A stretch of 63,870 bases of DNA, filler included, from Basidiobolus ranarum (lineage: Eukaryota): assembly GCA_040143965.1 (NCBI GenBank). It is 29 parts of 29 records of this genome, joined end to end, with 100 filler letters (N's around TTAATTAATTAA, not from the genome) between each part and the next. Parts side by side here need not be neighbours in the genome. Positions count along the whole stretch, not along the records: positions 52,986 to 55,083 come from JASJQH010010656.1; positions 55,184 to 57,281 come from JASJQH010010657.1; positions 57,382 to 59,478 come from JASJQH010010658.1; positions 59,579 to 61,674 come from JASJQH010010659.1; positions 61,775 to 63,870 come from JASJQH010010660.1; 24 more parts are not named here. One strand, 5' to 3'. A program made the position numbers and the translations under genes. This document shows, piece after piece, positions 52,886 to 63,870 of this stretch (position 1 is its first letter; each line of letters opens with the position of its first letter). The notes under the pieces are model-generated. The model was given only the letters and a program-made list of their open reading frames with translations. It searched no databases and was not told the DNA's origin.

Positions 52886-52985
52886 NNNNNNNNNNNNNNN
52901 NNNNNNNNNNNNNNNNNNNNNNNNNNNNNTTAATTAATTAANNNNNNNNNNNNNNNNNNNNNNNNNNNNNNNNNNNNNNNNNNNN

Positions 52986-55083
52986 TCAAATATCACTTAG
53001 CTGAAAATTGGAACATATATTATATATATATGTGAATAATGTGAGAATTAGCAATTCCATATTGGAAATTTCAAACTCATCCAAATTGCCCCAAAGCTAG
53101 CTCATTTTACTCCCACAGATGTTCTGAACACAACCCCAGTGTTAGTTTTTTGTATTTCCACCAAAAGATATAAATGTTCTATTTCTGGACAATAAACAAT
53201 TATCCCAGAAAGCTATTCACAACTCCACTTTTCAAAAGTTCCGCCAAACAGCCCATATTTACCCAATAAGGTTTTGTTGGTTTCAGCTCTTCAATTTAAT
53301 ACTGTATATCTGGATTTAAGTCTGTCATACATCCTTCCTAAAAATGCCACAAAGTTATCACCAGAATAAAATAGTCCAAATTATAGGGGTACTTACTGTG
53401 TGTCCACAGATTCTGTTTTGCTGCTGTTATTGTGCTCAACCAATGTGAAAATCTATGATCACAGTGAAGAATCAAGCCATATGCTTGATCACTAGTCAAA
53501 GCCAAACAATCATTTGGACATGAAGGTAGTTTATTTACTGAAGTATTTAAAGTCATACAATTGATAAGTGTTTTCTTCTTGTGCCAGGTCTGTGGCAAGT
53601 ATCCTAACAGTAATTTGAGGTATTGTAGGAAAACTGTCATAAATTTGATCCATTGTGGATTGACTATTTGCTTACCATAATAAAATTATCAAGTTAGATT
53701 TGATTTTGATCAATTTGTTCAGTTTCAGGAGTGAAATTTCAAGATGTTGCAAAATAGGTGCACATGATTGGCGACAATCTTGGAGAACTATGGATCAACC
53801 AATGTGCAAAAATCATAACTCAAATTTAGCACATTTACCACTTGAATGCCAGTTTGTCACCTTTGAAATCCCTAGTTGTGCTGATATATTCTCTTGAATA
53901 CTCTTATAAAGTTCTTAATACTCAAGATTTAACTCTTATCTATCACAAGTTTGTAGCAATGTCTCCATCAAAGCTCACCACTGTATTAATGTTGCTGAAT
54001 TAATATTCTTCCTACTATCTAGTGGATATCTTGCAACATTGTGCCACTTTGTATTGATTTCTTTGCAGATATCTGCATGGTCAACACCATACTGAACATC
54101 AACTTGAATGTTCTTCTTCTCAGCCACTCTCTGCACATATGCACTGTGTCTTTCCCTTGATAATTTTGCAAACACTCCTCAAGAACTTTTACTATTTTTA
54201 TACATCCTTGTAGTGTGACACTACTGAGGGTACTTTGTGGTATTGGTGTGGCTTTTTGTTTGCCTTTAAGTTTTGGGCTTGTTTCAACAATTCAAAAGTA
54301 CCAGTTGAGATTCAAGCATTGTGAGTTTTATTTGCAGGGGTATTGTCTTGTTAAGAAGTGCCAGGTGTTAGATAATTGTCAAATTTAGAGCTCTTACAAC
54401 TGGTGTACCAGGTTGCATGGTGCAATTAAGCTTTTTTGCTAATATATCTCACTCCCAAAAAACAGTTCTTGGTAATGATGTGAAGAATTTGATAAGTGAC
54501 AGAGTAAAACCTAAACTCACTAGCTCTTTTGCCTTTTCCTTACGATTACTAACTTCCTCTTCCTTGAGTATTTCTTTTGCTGCTTTTCTTTCTTTTCAAA
54601 GTCAATAATTGCATACATTTTTAAGATGTTTCATGAATAGGCCTATACTAGCCTAATTGCCATTTGCTTGTAAAAACCCAGGATAAGCCACATAAAGTAA
54701 GCCAAGAACCTTCAGAGTAACACCTGGCTTTTGGTTTTTCCACAATTGGCTCAAATTGAGGTAATTTTGGGCAAGATTCTGCACAGTTTCCAGAATGTTA
54801 AACCACTCATCATTGGAGCAAGTAATGGCAGCTCTGACATTCAGAGTCTTTTGGTTTGCCAGTTTTTCTATTAAATTTCTACTTTTATGAGCCCTAGCAA
54901 TTTTGGGTTTTTGTGTAGGCTTAATGGTCCAACACATATTTGGATCTGCTAGATTGGCACAGTGATGTTCATATGTATGGTATGGGATTGATGAAAATCC
55001 CATATGAGAATGGACAAAGGGAGCAGCATGTTGCTGTAGCTCAAGTACAGCATTCTGAAGGTCTTGTATAATCATTGAGTGAC
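52986..55083 (-). mobile_element. Deleted CACTA-like transposase pieces (52986-53602) plus left terminus at 53603 and accessory ORF
   Basis: 53470-53600 is the reverse complement of ~9300-9420; TCCTAACAGTAATTTGAGG terminus; 53603-55083 is the reverse complement of the 38190-39475 region. Confidence 0.75.
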
Positions 55084-55183
55084 NNNNNNNNNNNNNNNNN
55101 NNNNNNNNNNNNNNNNNNNNNNNNNNNTTAATTAATTAANNNNNNNNNNNNNNNNNNNNNNNNNNNNNNNNNNNNNNNNNNNN

Positions 55184-57230
55184 GAACAAGCAGAGCGCTT
55201 AGCTCAAGAGTATGCTCGTGTGTCAACTGTTGTGGAGTGCTCCGAGCTTTACTTCAACTATTATGCAGATGTCCCTGGACCAGTTCCATATCAATCTCGA
55301 TTGGAAATAGATCCAAGTGAAATAGATATAGGAAACGGAGGGCCACCTCCTCAATATGGAATACATCTGATTTTCAAACAGGGAATTGTTCATTACGGCC
55401 CATGGACAGACCAACAGCGCTCCTCAATGCAGAATTATTTCTTCCCCAACTCGTATCGTGACCTAGAGAAAACGAATCCTCTACAATATGGTCTTCCGCG
55501 TGTTCATACAGAGCTGAAAATGTTTATTCAGCTGGATAAAGATATAACGATTCGAGTACCATTCAGAGAATCTTCCAAGGCAAGCAATGCAATCTTGCAT
55601 GTATCTATTCAAGATAAGCCATCTAAACCTTCTTTCTTTAGAACTGGAAATATACTGCAGCTAACAACGGAGCCTATTATGGCGCTCGTAGCCCTCGTCC
55701 GTATGGTTGGATTGACTTTAAATCGTCAGGATTCTACATTGATCTGTCTGTTCCCTTGGTAGTTGGAGAGAATGGCTACGCTACGATGGTGGATGTTCGG
55801 TGCCAGGACCTTGAGATAGCTACTAGTACCAATTATGCAGCTATGTTGCAATCACAGAGTTTTCATGTTAGTAGTTGATGGCTGGTGTCTTCCAGTTGAA
55901 CAGAGTATTAACCTCTCCTTTTTGTTCAGATTCATTGTGTGCTGCAAAATCCTCTTATCTGGAATCAAATCCGCACTTGGGTGTTTGATCTTAATTTTGA
56001 GAAAACTAAGCTATACCTTTTGCGTGATCAAGTAACTCTCATGCAAGATATGATCAAAGACTGGACTGCAGGGCCTTCAGTAGATTTTGTTCACTTTGTT
56101 CCTATTGAATATATATACAAGATGATATTTAATGAGCTGGAGATAAATCTCTATGTCAATGAGCACAATATCATTAACGACCCAAGCGATTTGGATGATA
56201 ATGGTAATGTATCTTGTTAATGTATAGATGATTTTGCACCGTTCACGGAATCTAATCACTCGTTATCTATCTTCCATAGCTATTCTATCTCTGTCGATGT
56301 CGCGTCTTGATGCCGCAATTATTACACCGTTTGGGAAGTTCGAGCCCAAGACAAACAACATCGAGTTTTCAGTCAACGTAATGCCCCTGACGCACTATCT
56401 TTCTATTCTAAATATTGACATGGAGTCTGTTTCATAGGTTCAAAAGATATCCGCTTCACTGTCTTTACCAACATCGCATACAGCCAGTGCTTTCCTTCCA
56501 AAAAAAACTCAAAATATCGGGGCCATAAAAGGATTCGTCATTGATGGAAATTATGAATACTACACCAAAATTGACCCAACTCATCTGGACACTCTAACCA
56601 TGAATCTAAAGGTACGTTTTATTGTTCGCTAATGAGATTTTAGACGATGTGACTTACAATTCCCAAAGGCTGTCAAACCCAATCTTCAGATCTCTGGGCT
56701 GTTGGTCAAGTACGTGATGATTGTCAAAGACAATTACCTAGGGGCCTTCAATAATTTCGTAACGTTTGAGGAATACCGATCAAGAATCGACTCATCGTAT
56801 GATCGCGTTGAACAAGTAAACGCACAGCATCGTGCCAAGGTATTCACTCTAGCATTTGTGAGATATGCTTCTCTAAATGGTAGTAACACCTCTTTTATTA
56901 GAATCCGGAAAATCCATACGAAGTTTTCATTAGACTTTTAGTCGAGGATGTCATACTGAAGCTTCCAGAAAATTTGTACGCTTGCGAAGATTTTCTAGAG
57001 GTTTATATCCAAGAATTACAAGTTGAAAATCGAGCTACAGATTTTTATCAAGGTAAGTTGAACCGATTTATATTCTCAGGCCTTAATGGCGATTTAGAGT
57101 TTTTACACCTCAATTCATCTGTTTAGACCTTTATGCCACTACTTCTCCTGTATTCCTCACTAAAGGAGAGCCTGGCGCTGTTGCGTTGAGTAAACAAAAA
57201 ATATCGCGTATTTATAAAGATCGCCAGAAA
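55184..57230 (+). CDS. CSF1: Csf1 (bridge-like lipid transfer protein, BLTP1 family), internal multi-exon fragment
   Basis: YYADVPGPVP, PPQYGI, YGPWTDQQR--MQNYFFP, IRVPFRESSK, RPYGWID, LLRDQVTLMQDMIKDWT, LYVNEHNII, IVKDNYLG; multiple GT/GC-AG introns. Confidence 0.9.
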
Positions 57231-57381
57231 TGCTGGAGATGAGCTGCTGAAGCATCCGTTTGTGCTGTTGGTTGTAAAGTCNNNNNNNNNNNNNNNNNNN
57301 NNNNNNNNNNNNNNNNNNNNNNNNNTTAATTAATTAANNNNNNNNNNNNNNNNNNNNNNNNNNNNNNNNNNNNNNNNNNNN

Positions 57382-59478
57382 ATTAATCAAGAAACGAATC
57401 ACGAATCATTGGTTGCCTTCATCAAGTTCGATGATTCTGATGGCAACAGTAATGGAGAAGTGGCAATCTTAACCAGTGATGATGAGTTCATTGCCTTGCA
57501 GATTGATGAAATTCGTGGCCATATTTCATCACGATTACCGCCATATATGATGCCGAGTGCGTTCATTCCACTAACTCGGATGCCAACTAATGTCAGTGGT
57601 AAGACTGATCGCAAGTCGCTGCTTAAATTGGTTGAAAATATGGGTATGGATGATCTGTACAGATTTGGAAAGCGTGGCAGTGATTGTAACATCTCGCACT
57701 TCTCAGATGCTGAAAAAGCATGGCTAAATCTATGGTCTTCAATATTGAGATTATCAGCGGAGTATATAGGAAGAAACGACTCATTTTTCAGTCTGGGTGG
57801 AGATTCTATTGTGGCGATCAAGTTGGTGGCTGCTGCTCGCGAGCGTGGTTATGATATTACGGTCCAACAAGTGTTTGAAAACCCAACAATCGCAGAGTTA
57901 GCGCAACAATTCAATACTGTTGAGAACGAGCAGCTGCGGAATGTCGTAATTGAAAAATACTCGTTGCTTGGTCTAAATGAGGATGAAGTGCAAACTTTGT
58001 TGAATGGTGAAATTCGACAAAATGGCATTTCACCCTCAGATATTGAAGACGTGTATCCTTGTACAGCATTGCAAGAAGCTTTGTTTGCCATTGGATTAAG
58101 AACGCAATCTGACTACCTTGCACAACGAGTGTTTGTCTGCGGTGTTGATGTTGATTTTGAAAGACTTAAGGCTGCTTGGATATCTGTAATTATGGCTAAT
58201 GCTATTCTTCGAACTACTATCGTGTTTGCAAACTCTGAAAAGTCACATTTGAACGGGCTGCAAGTAGTTCTTGAAAGAAATATCATCGACTGGCAGGAGA
58301 AGAATGTTGGGGATGGTGATGACATAAAACAAGTACTTGCTAATATTTTAGAAGATGATCGGAAGCGTGGAATTGAGACTGGGAGACTGTTGACTAGATT
58401 TACTGCTTTGCGTAATGGAAATGGAATGTCATATTTTATATGGACAATTCATCATGCATTGTATGACGGGTGGTCGATGGATCACATGTTAAACGACCTT
58501 ATAACAGCGTATCAAGGTCAGGTAGTAGCTATAAGGCCGGCATACTCGCATTTTATCAACTATAACCTGCAACTTAGTAGAAGTGAATCAATTATGTATT
58601 GGTCGAAAGTTTTGAACGGAGTCTCAAAAACCTTTATATCGAAATCGACACAGCTATCAAAAAAGGCAGAAGCACACAAGGTAATCACTTCACAGGTTCA
58701 CATCGACTTTTCTGAACTTACTGCCAAGTACGACATCACCTTGGCCACTATTGTTAACTTGGCTTGGGCAATCGTATTGAAATATCATACTGGTAACTCG
58801 GATGTTGTCTTTGGAACAGTTAATTCCGGACGAAGTATTCCTGTTAATGGAATAGATCAAATATGTGGGCCATGTATCACAACACTGCCTGTCAGAGTTA
58901 ACTTTGAAAATAACCTGACCCTGGTAGAAATGATGGCAAGTATGCATGCAGACCGGTTGCAGCAACATAGATACCAGAACATTGGTCTATTGGAAATTCA
59001 GAAGGAATGTACTAACATTGTAAACGCCAACCTATTTGATTCCCTGCTAGTGGTTCAGAATCTTGGCATTGTTGAAATGGATAGTCTTGTTAATTCGGTA
59101 GGATTGATCGAGGTTAAAACATCTATGCCACCAGATTATCCACTAGTGATTGACATATCAACTTCTGATGATGATCTTGAGATATCAATACTGTTCGATG
59201 AGTGTAGTATATCTCATCATGAAGTCAATTGGATAATGGAACACATGAAGACGACTCTTGGGAAAATTGCTACCAATATCTCCACTACAGTCAATGATAT
59301 CAGTATTATATCTGACGCAGAGCACCGATTACTAAACAAATGGGGTGGTGAAACGATAGAGTATGCTTACCAAGGATGTATACATACATTATTCGAAGAA
59401 CAAGTGGTAGCTACTCCAAACAATATTGCGGTGCAATTTGAACACAGTGAGTTTGTGACATATTCCGAGCTGAACATT
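57382..59478 (+). CDS. Non-ribosomal peptide synthetase, internal A(end)-T-C-A(start) segment
   Basis: LPPYMMP...NVSGKTDRK (A9/A10), FFSLGGDSI (PCP serine), IEDVYPCTALQE, HHALYDGWS (condensation), CIHTLFEEQV...TYSELN (A1). Open across the whole contig. Confidence 0.97.
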
Positions 59479-59610
59479 NNNNNNNNNNNNNNNNNNNNNN
59501 NNNNNNNNNNNNNNNNNNNNNNTTAATTAATTAANNNNNNNNNNNNNNNNNNNNNNNNNNNNNNNNNNNNNNNNNNNNCGGTGATTGCATGTACGCATAT
59601 GTAGAGCTAG

Positions 59611-59907
59611 TGCTCCTCTGAGGATGCCCGTACCATTGTTCGTTGTGTCATTGACGAATGGGTTAAGACTAAGTGTGGTGTGGAGACTGTCTGCCGTGAG
59701 AAGGATCACACTGGACCATTCTGTGATCATGCCGATGACCACGAAGAATGGGACCATAATGGCGATTGGGAAGACCATCACGATGAACACAATGACTGGG
59801 AAGACGATCATCACGATGATGAGCATGGTCATGATGACTGGCAGAACGATGGAGACTGGGAAGATGACCATGAAGATAACCACCACCATGACGAACATCG
59901 CGATTAA
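59611..59907 (+). CDS. C-terminal exon: small Cys module (CBM19-like) plus His/Asp/Glu/Trp-rich tail
   Basis: CSSEDARTIVRCVIDEWVKTKCGVETVC...PFCD followed by DWEDDHH-type repeats. The domain call rests on Cys/Trp spacing only. Confidence 0.6.
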   Translation, partial: CSSEDARTIVRCVIDEWVKTKCGVETVCREKDHTGPFCDHADDHEEWDHNGDWEDHHDEHNDWEDDHHDDEHGHDDWQNDGDWEDDHEDNHHHDEHRD

Positions 59908-60950
59908 CTTAAAGCCCTGAACGATCATTAGACCATCTCGATAATTCTGGCATCTCATATTCAATACAGAATAAATTCATCATTACTGTTGCACTAGATT
60001 TATTGTTGACCATAAGAGTTTTATATATTCGATATAATTCAAGATGTTTAGAACATGCTAACTGGTTGAGAGGCTTAGATCATACTTTATTCAATGAATA
60101 TGAGTGAGGTCATATGGCTGGATTTATTTACCCATAAGAATTTTGTTGCTACATCCAGATTACACTATCGCTCATAACTGAGCTAAACGAACAGTCTTTG
60201 ATATTATGAAGTTCATTCCACTACCGTTTGTGCTGTTATATACATATGCATTCGTTACAGTTAATGAATCAGGCTTTAGCTCCAAATATTTTTAGCACTG
60301 GAATTATAGATTGTTGCTTACATTTCTAAATACCATATTGCATAAAATTCAAATTTTTGACATTTTATGCTCTATATGATCTATTGAACCAGGTATGCGC
60401 ACTAGTGTTTGGTCACTCTTGGTATTTGTCAGATCTTTAACTTCTGTGTTAAATTGTCACCTATGAAATGAATCTTGGAATTACTAGGTTAAACAAAAAA
60501 ATGTACATGTACCCAATACATGTTGATCCTTAGTCTGGAGCGCAAATCTATTGCCCAGTCACGCATATTGTATCTTAAAGACTAGTTTTGAGGTCTCATG
60601 AGAGTTCATTGAAATTTAATTCAGAAACGTATCGAAAAACTCACCTGGATACTCACAGATAGCAGGATCTTTAAACTAATAAACGATACGAGTATGAATG
60701 TATACCAAATTCAACAGAAGTATAATGATAGTTACAATGGCTTTATTGACAAGTTAGATAAACAGTTAACTTTCAAATGGTAAAATATATATAATTTGCG
60801 TTCTGGGATTTACAATGATTTCAACTGGTTCAACCATCATGGACATAGAGTAGCGGTAATTAGTTGAATTTTACAAAATCACAAAATTACTCGAATCAAT
60901 TAACAAGTATAATTGTATATACTTGGAGGTAGGGTTGCCCTGGGTTGCTC

Positions 60951-61674
60951 TTAGTAATCTGCCTTCTTGGTCTCGTTATTTTTGACCTTGGCATCCCTAT
61001 CTTCCTTGTAGGTATACTTGGTGGCGCAGAAGCAGAAGATTCCGTTGGCAACAAGACCAATAGCACAATAGAAGAAGTACTTGGGAGGTCCTTGCAACGA
61101 GGTACCCTTCAAACCTTCCTCAACTGCTGTTACAACCAAGTTACCAAGGGAAACACAAAGCAACCAGAAGGAGGATGAGGTGGATTTCATTTGACGGCCA
61201 ACTTGGGTATAAGTGAATTGAAGGCCAGTGGGTGAGATCATAGCTTCTCCGAGAGAAAGAAGAGCCCATTGAGGTAATTGCCAGGCTCCGTGAAGGCAGT
61301 TGGGGCAGGTGATGACTTGCTTGCCAGCAGCATCATAGGTACCATCGAACTTGGACTCAACAATGTATTGGATACCACCAGACAAGGCGAATGAGAGAAT
61401 CACAAGGAAGAATCCAACAGCCATACGACGGAGAAGGTAGAAACGAATACCGCGTCTCTCAAGGAAAGGATAGAAGATCTTGGCACAGAAGGGGACAAAG
61501 ATAAGAATGAAGATGGTGTTGAAGATAGCTGATTGTTCGGTGGTGAGCTCGCCTGAACCCCAAGATTTGTTCATCTTTTCGTATTGCTCTTGCCATTCAG
61601 TACTTTGTTGCTCGTAAATCATCCAGAAGAAAATGGTTGGGAGAATCATGCCGACTACTTTGCCGAACAAACGA
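60951..61674 (-). CDS. PTR2: POT/PTR-family proton-dependent oligopeptide transporter, C-terminal half
   Basis: FFWMIYEQQSTEW, FNTIFILIFVP, LRRMAVG, WQLPQWALLSLGEAMISPTGLQFTY, MKS, SLGNL. Confidence 0.93.
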
Positions 61675-61774
61675 NNNNNNNNNNNNNNNNNNNNNNNNNN
61701 NNNNNNNNNNNNNNNNNNTTAATTAATTAANNNNNNNNNNNNNNNNNNNNNNNNNNNNNNNNNNNNNNNNNNNN

Positions 61775-62016
61775 TACATCCATACTCAAAGATACCATTG
61801 AGAGCTCTAGACTTAAGACACTATGAATAAAGCTTTCATCATCTTTTGAATGTGCAATAATGTCTAAAAGTACTTTTCTTAAATGTACCACATAAGTAAA
61901 ATAAACTGTTTCCAAAATGGTAAATAACATTGTGCCAGATAGTGCCCAATCATGCCAATTTGTGCTGGCACACTTCTTAGCTGACCTGATCTGGCTCAAT
62001 AAAATGGAACAAGTCT
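61775..62016 (+). mobile_element. Harbinger-type subfamily A end, second copy
   Basis: Reverse complement of 49720-49962; ends GGAACAAGTCT followed by ATT. Confidence 0.85.
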
Positions 62017-63095
62017 ATTGAATTACAAACTTCATTAGTTTATCTAGAATACACCTAAAGAGTTTCAAGTTGTTGTTTTGATGGATCTATCTATCAAAAT
62101 TAGTATTTCAAGACAGTTAGTAAGCTCACCAATAGCAGTCATTTTCTGTTCAACTGGATTTGTTGTCTCCAAAGTCTTCTAGCCATTGCCTGCTACAATA
62201 CAAGCATCTACATATATGGTTATTAAAGTAGGACTTGTGTTGTCTTGCCTAAAGCAGACACTGAATTTAGCATTACTCCTTTGGAATTTGGTTGTTTCCA
62301 AAAGTGTCCATTTTGTAAACACAAGTTAATGAAGATATGTTTTGAGGTATAGAATTGTTTCTGGGGTCTGCAAGGTTTCTTTAGGTTTTCTGGGTCTGCA
62401 AGCCTGTATGGCTGGTCCATGTAGAACTCCTTAGCAAGCTAACCATTCAAAAAGTATGTTCTAAGATCCATTCACTGTATAATGGGCTGATACTTGGTCA
62501 AATTTTTTGAAATACATCTGTTTGAATCATGTTTTGCTACAGGTGCAAAGGTTTTCATAGAATCATTTGCAGGTTTCTTATAGAAATCTTTGGGCAGTAG
62601 TCTAGACATGTATCTTTCTACATTGCTTGTAAGGGTCATTCAGGGCTAATTTCATATTCTGGGACTCACATCACTTGCTGTGTGGTCATAGGCCCTATAT
62701 TGGCACTTTTTTATGTAGCAATCAGGGCTATTCTGGATCTATTTGGACAGCCCAGCTTTGGATAAAGATACTATAGCTTCAGGCAATATATTGGCCACTT
62801 CAGTAGCCTCAGTTTTGGCTGCAGGGCTCACCAGAATGCATTTTCTTCCTTGGTCTTGCTTGAATCAATTCAAATGAATGGATCAGAGGAATGTTGACTT
62901 CTTTCATATCCTTCTATTGTTTTACTGAATATTTCATATGTTACTCAGACAAAACATTCCTGGTCCTGATTAACTTTGAAATTGCTGTATCATAGAGTCT
63001 CTAGACCTTAGTTTAAGTGTAATAGCCATGGACATTATCATTTTTGCTTTTGAGATCAAATTAAAACCAAATTTTGATCACAACCCCAATATTGA
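62017..63095 (-). mobile_element. Decayed Ty1/copia RT region
   Basis: Minus strand TFAPVAK, TYFLNG*LAKEFYMDQP, VMLNSVS, YQVR; many stops. Confidence 0.75.
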
Positions 63096-63870
63096 ACCTC
63101 TAACAAAAAAAAATTGATTCAATCTGATCAATTCTACCCTTCTGGATTGCTAAACCATTGGAAAACTGTCCCAATATTGGTGGCTTGTATTCTGCCAGGG
63201 ATTTTTATGGTGTAATGGCAGTTTCATGATGGTATTTGATAGAATTCATACATGTTAAAATAATGATCGACATATTTGGCCTGCATTATTAATTTCTGAT
63301 GATTTTTGCAAAAATCTAATTTTTGAATGGCAAATTACCGGGTTTACTGCTCTATGAATTTCAATTAGTATGCATGCCTTTATTTAGATATTCAAGGCTT
63401 TGTATTCCATCCACAATGAGAATCAAAAAATACAAGAATCTTGTTGTGTTTAGTCTCTACATATGCACATGCTTGACTGATCTGACATAACTCAAAACAT
63501 CAATATGCTTTACCAGCAAACTAATGGTGAAAAAATTGCTAAATATCCAAAATTATGAGTAACAACTGACACTTGGCAAATAGCTTACTCTTTTTACCAT
63601 TCAGAATGAAAATAAGCTCTTGGATTTGGGCAAATTGCCATAAAAAATTCACCAAAATATCCCCAACTTGTAGTCAACAAATGTCCTACCACAAGTAGAT
63701 GTGTCATTGCATGAATAGATTACTCCATGGCTAAAACAACAATATTATGTATCTCAATCTGTCTCACCAAGAAGTCAGTGTTGCAGCTTTCCTGGAAAAT
63801 CCATCAGATTAACCCACACACAAAATAATGCATATTTTAGAGATACTTACTCTGTGTCCATGGTATGGGC
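63096..63870 (-). mobile_element. CACTA-like right terminus and arm
   Basis: CTCTAACAAAA start; reverse complement of 19917-20599 and colinear with 12189-12960. Confidence 0.78.

Noticed and set aside
55184..61674. Apparent cluster of CSF1, NRPS, His-rich protein and peptide transporter
   Set aside because: The genes lie on three different contigs placed together only by length sorting.

Overview
This is not a contiguous locus. It is 29 unplaced contigs of about 2.1 kb, sorted by decreasing length (2117 to 2096 bp) and joined by 28 artificial 100-bp spacers (N44-TTAATTAATTAA-N44), so adjacency across spacers means nothing. The source is an AT-rich eukaryote with short (about 55-90 nt) GT-AG introns. 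The protein content points to a fungus, probably early-diverging and Basidiobolus-like (inference only). About half the sequence is decayed, strongly CpG-depleted transposons nested in each other: Ty1/copia, Ty3/gypsy, a CACTA/CMC-like DNA transposon with CCCTAACA...TGTTAGGG ends, and a PIF/Harbinger-type (possibly Pangu-like) family with RGACTTGTTCC termini and a 182-bp MITE. Partial host genes include RPL4, an NADP-isocitrate dehydrogenase ending in SHL, SLA2, SLP1 (SUN), CSF1, PTR2, an NRPS A-T-C-A segment, a CBM9-like secreted protein, several small secreted or low-complexity proteins and a tandem orphan gene pair. There is also a processed GMP synthase pseudogene and a tRNA-Leu pseudogene. 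Several contig ends carry short unrelated fragments that look chimeric. No complete multi-gene system can be shown in such short contigs; the most novel-looking signals are the two DNA-transposon families reconstructed from overlapping copies.
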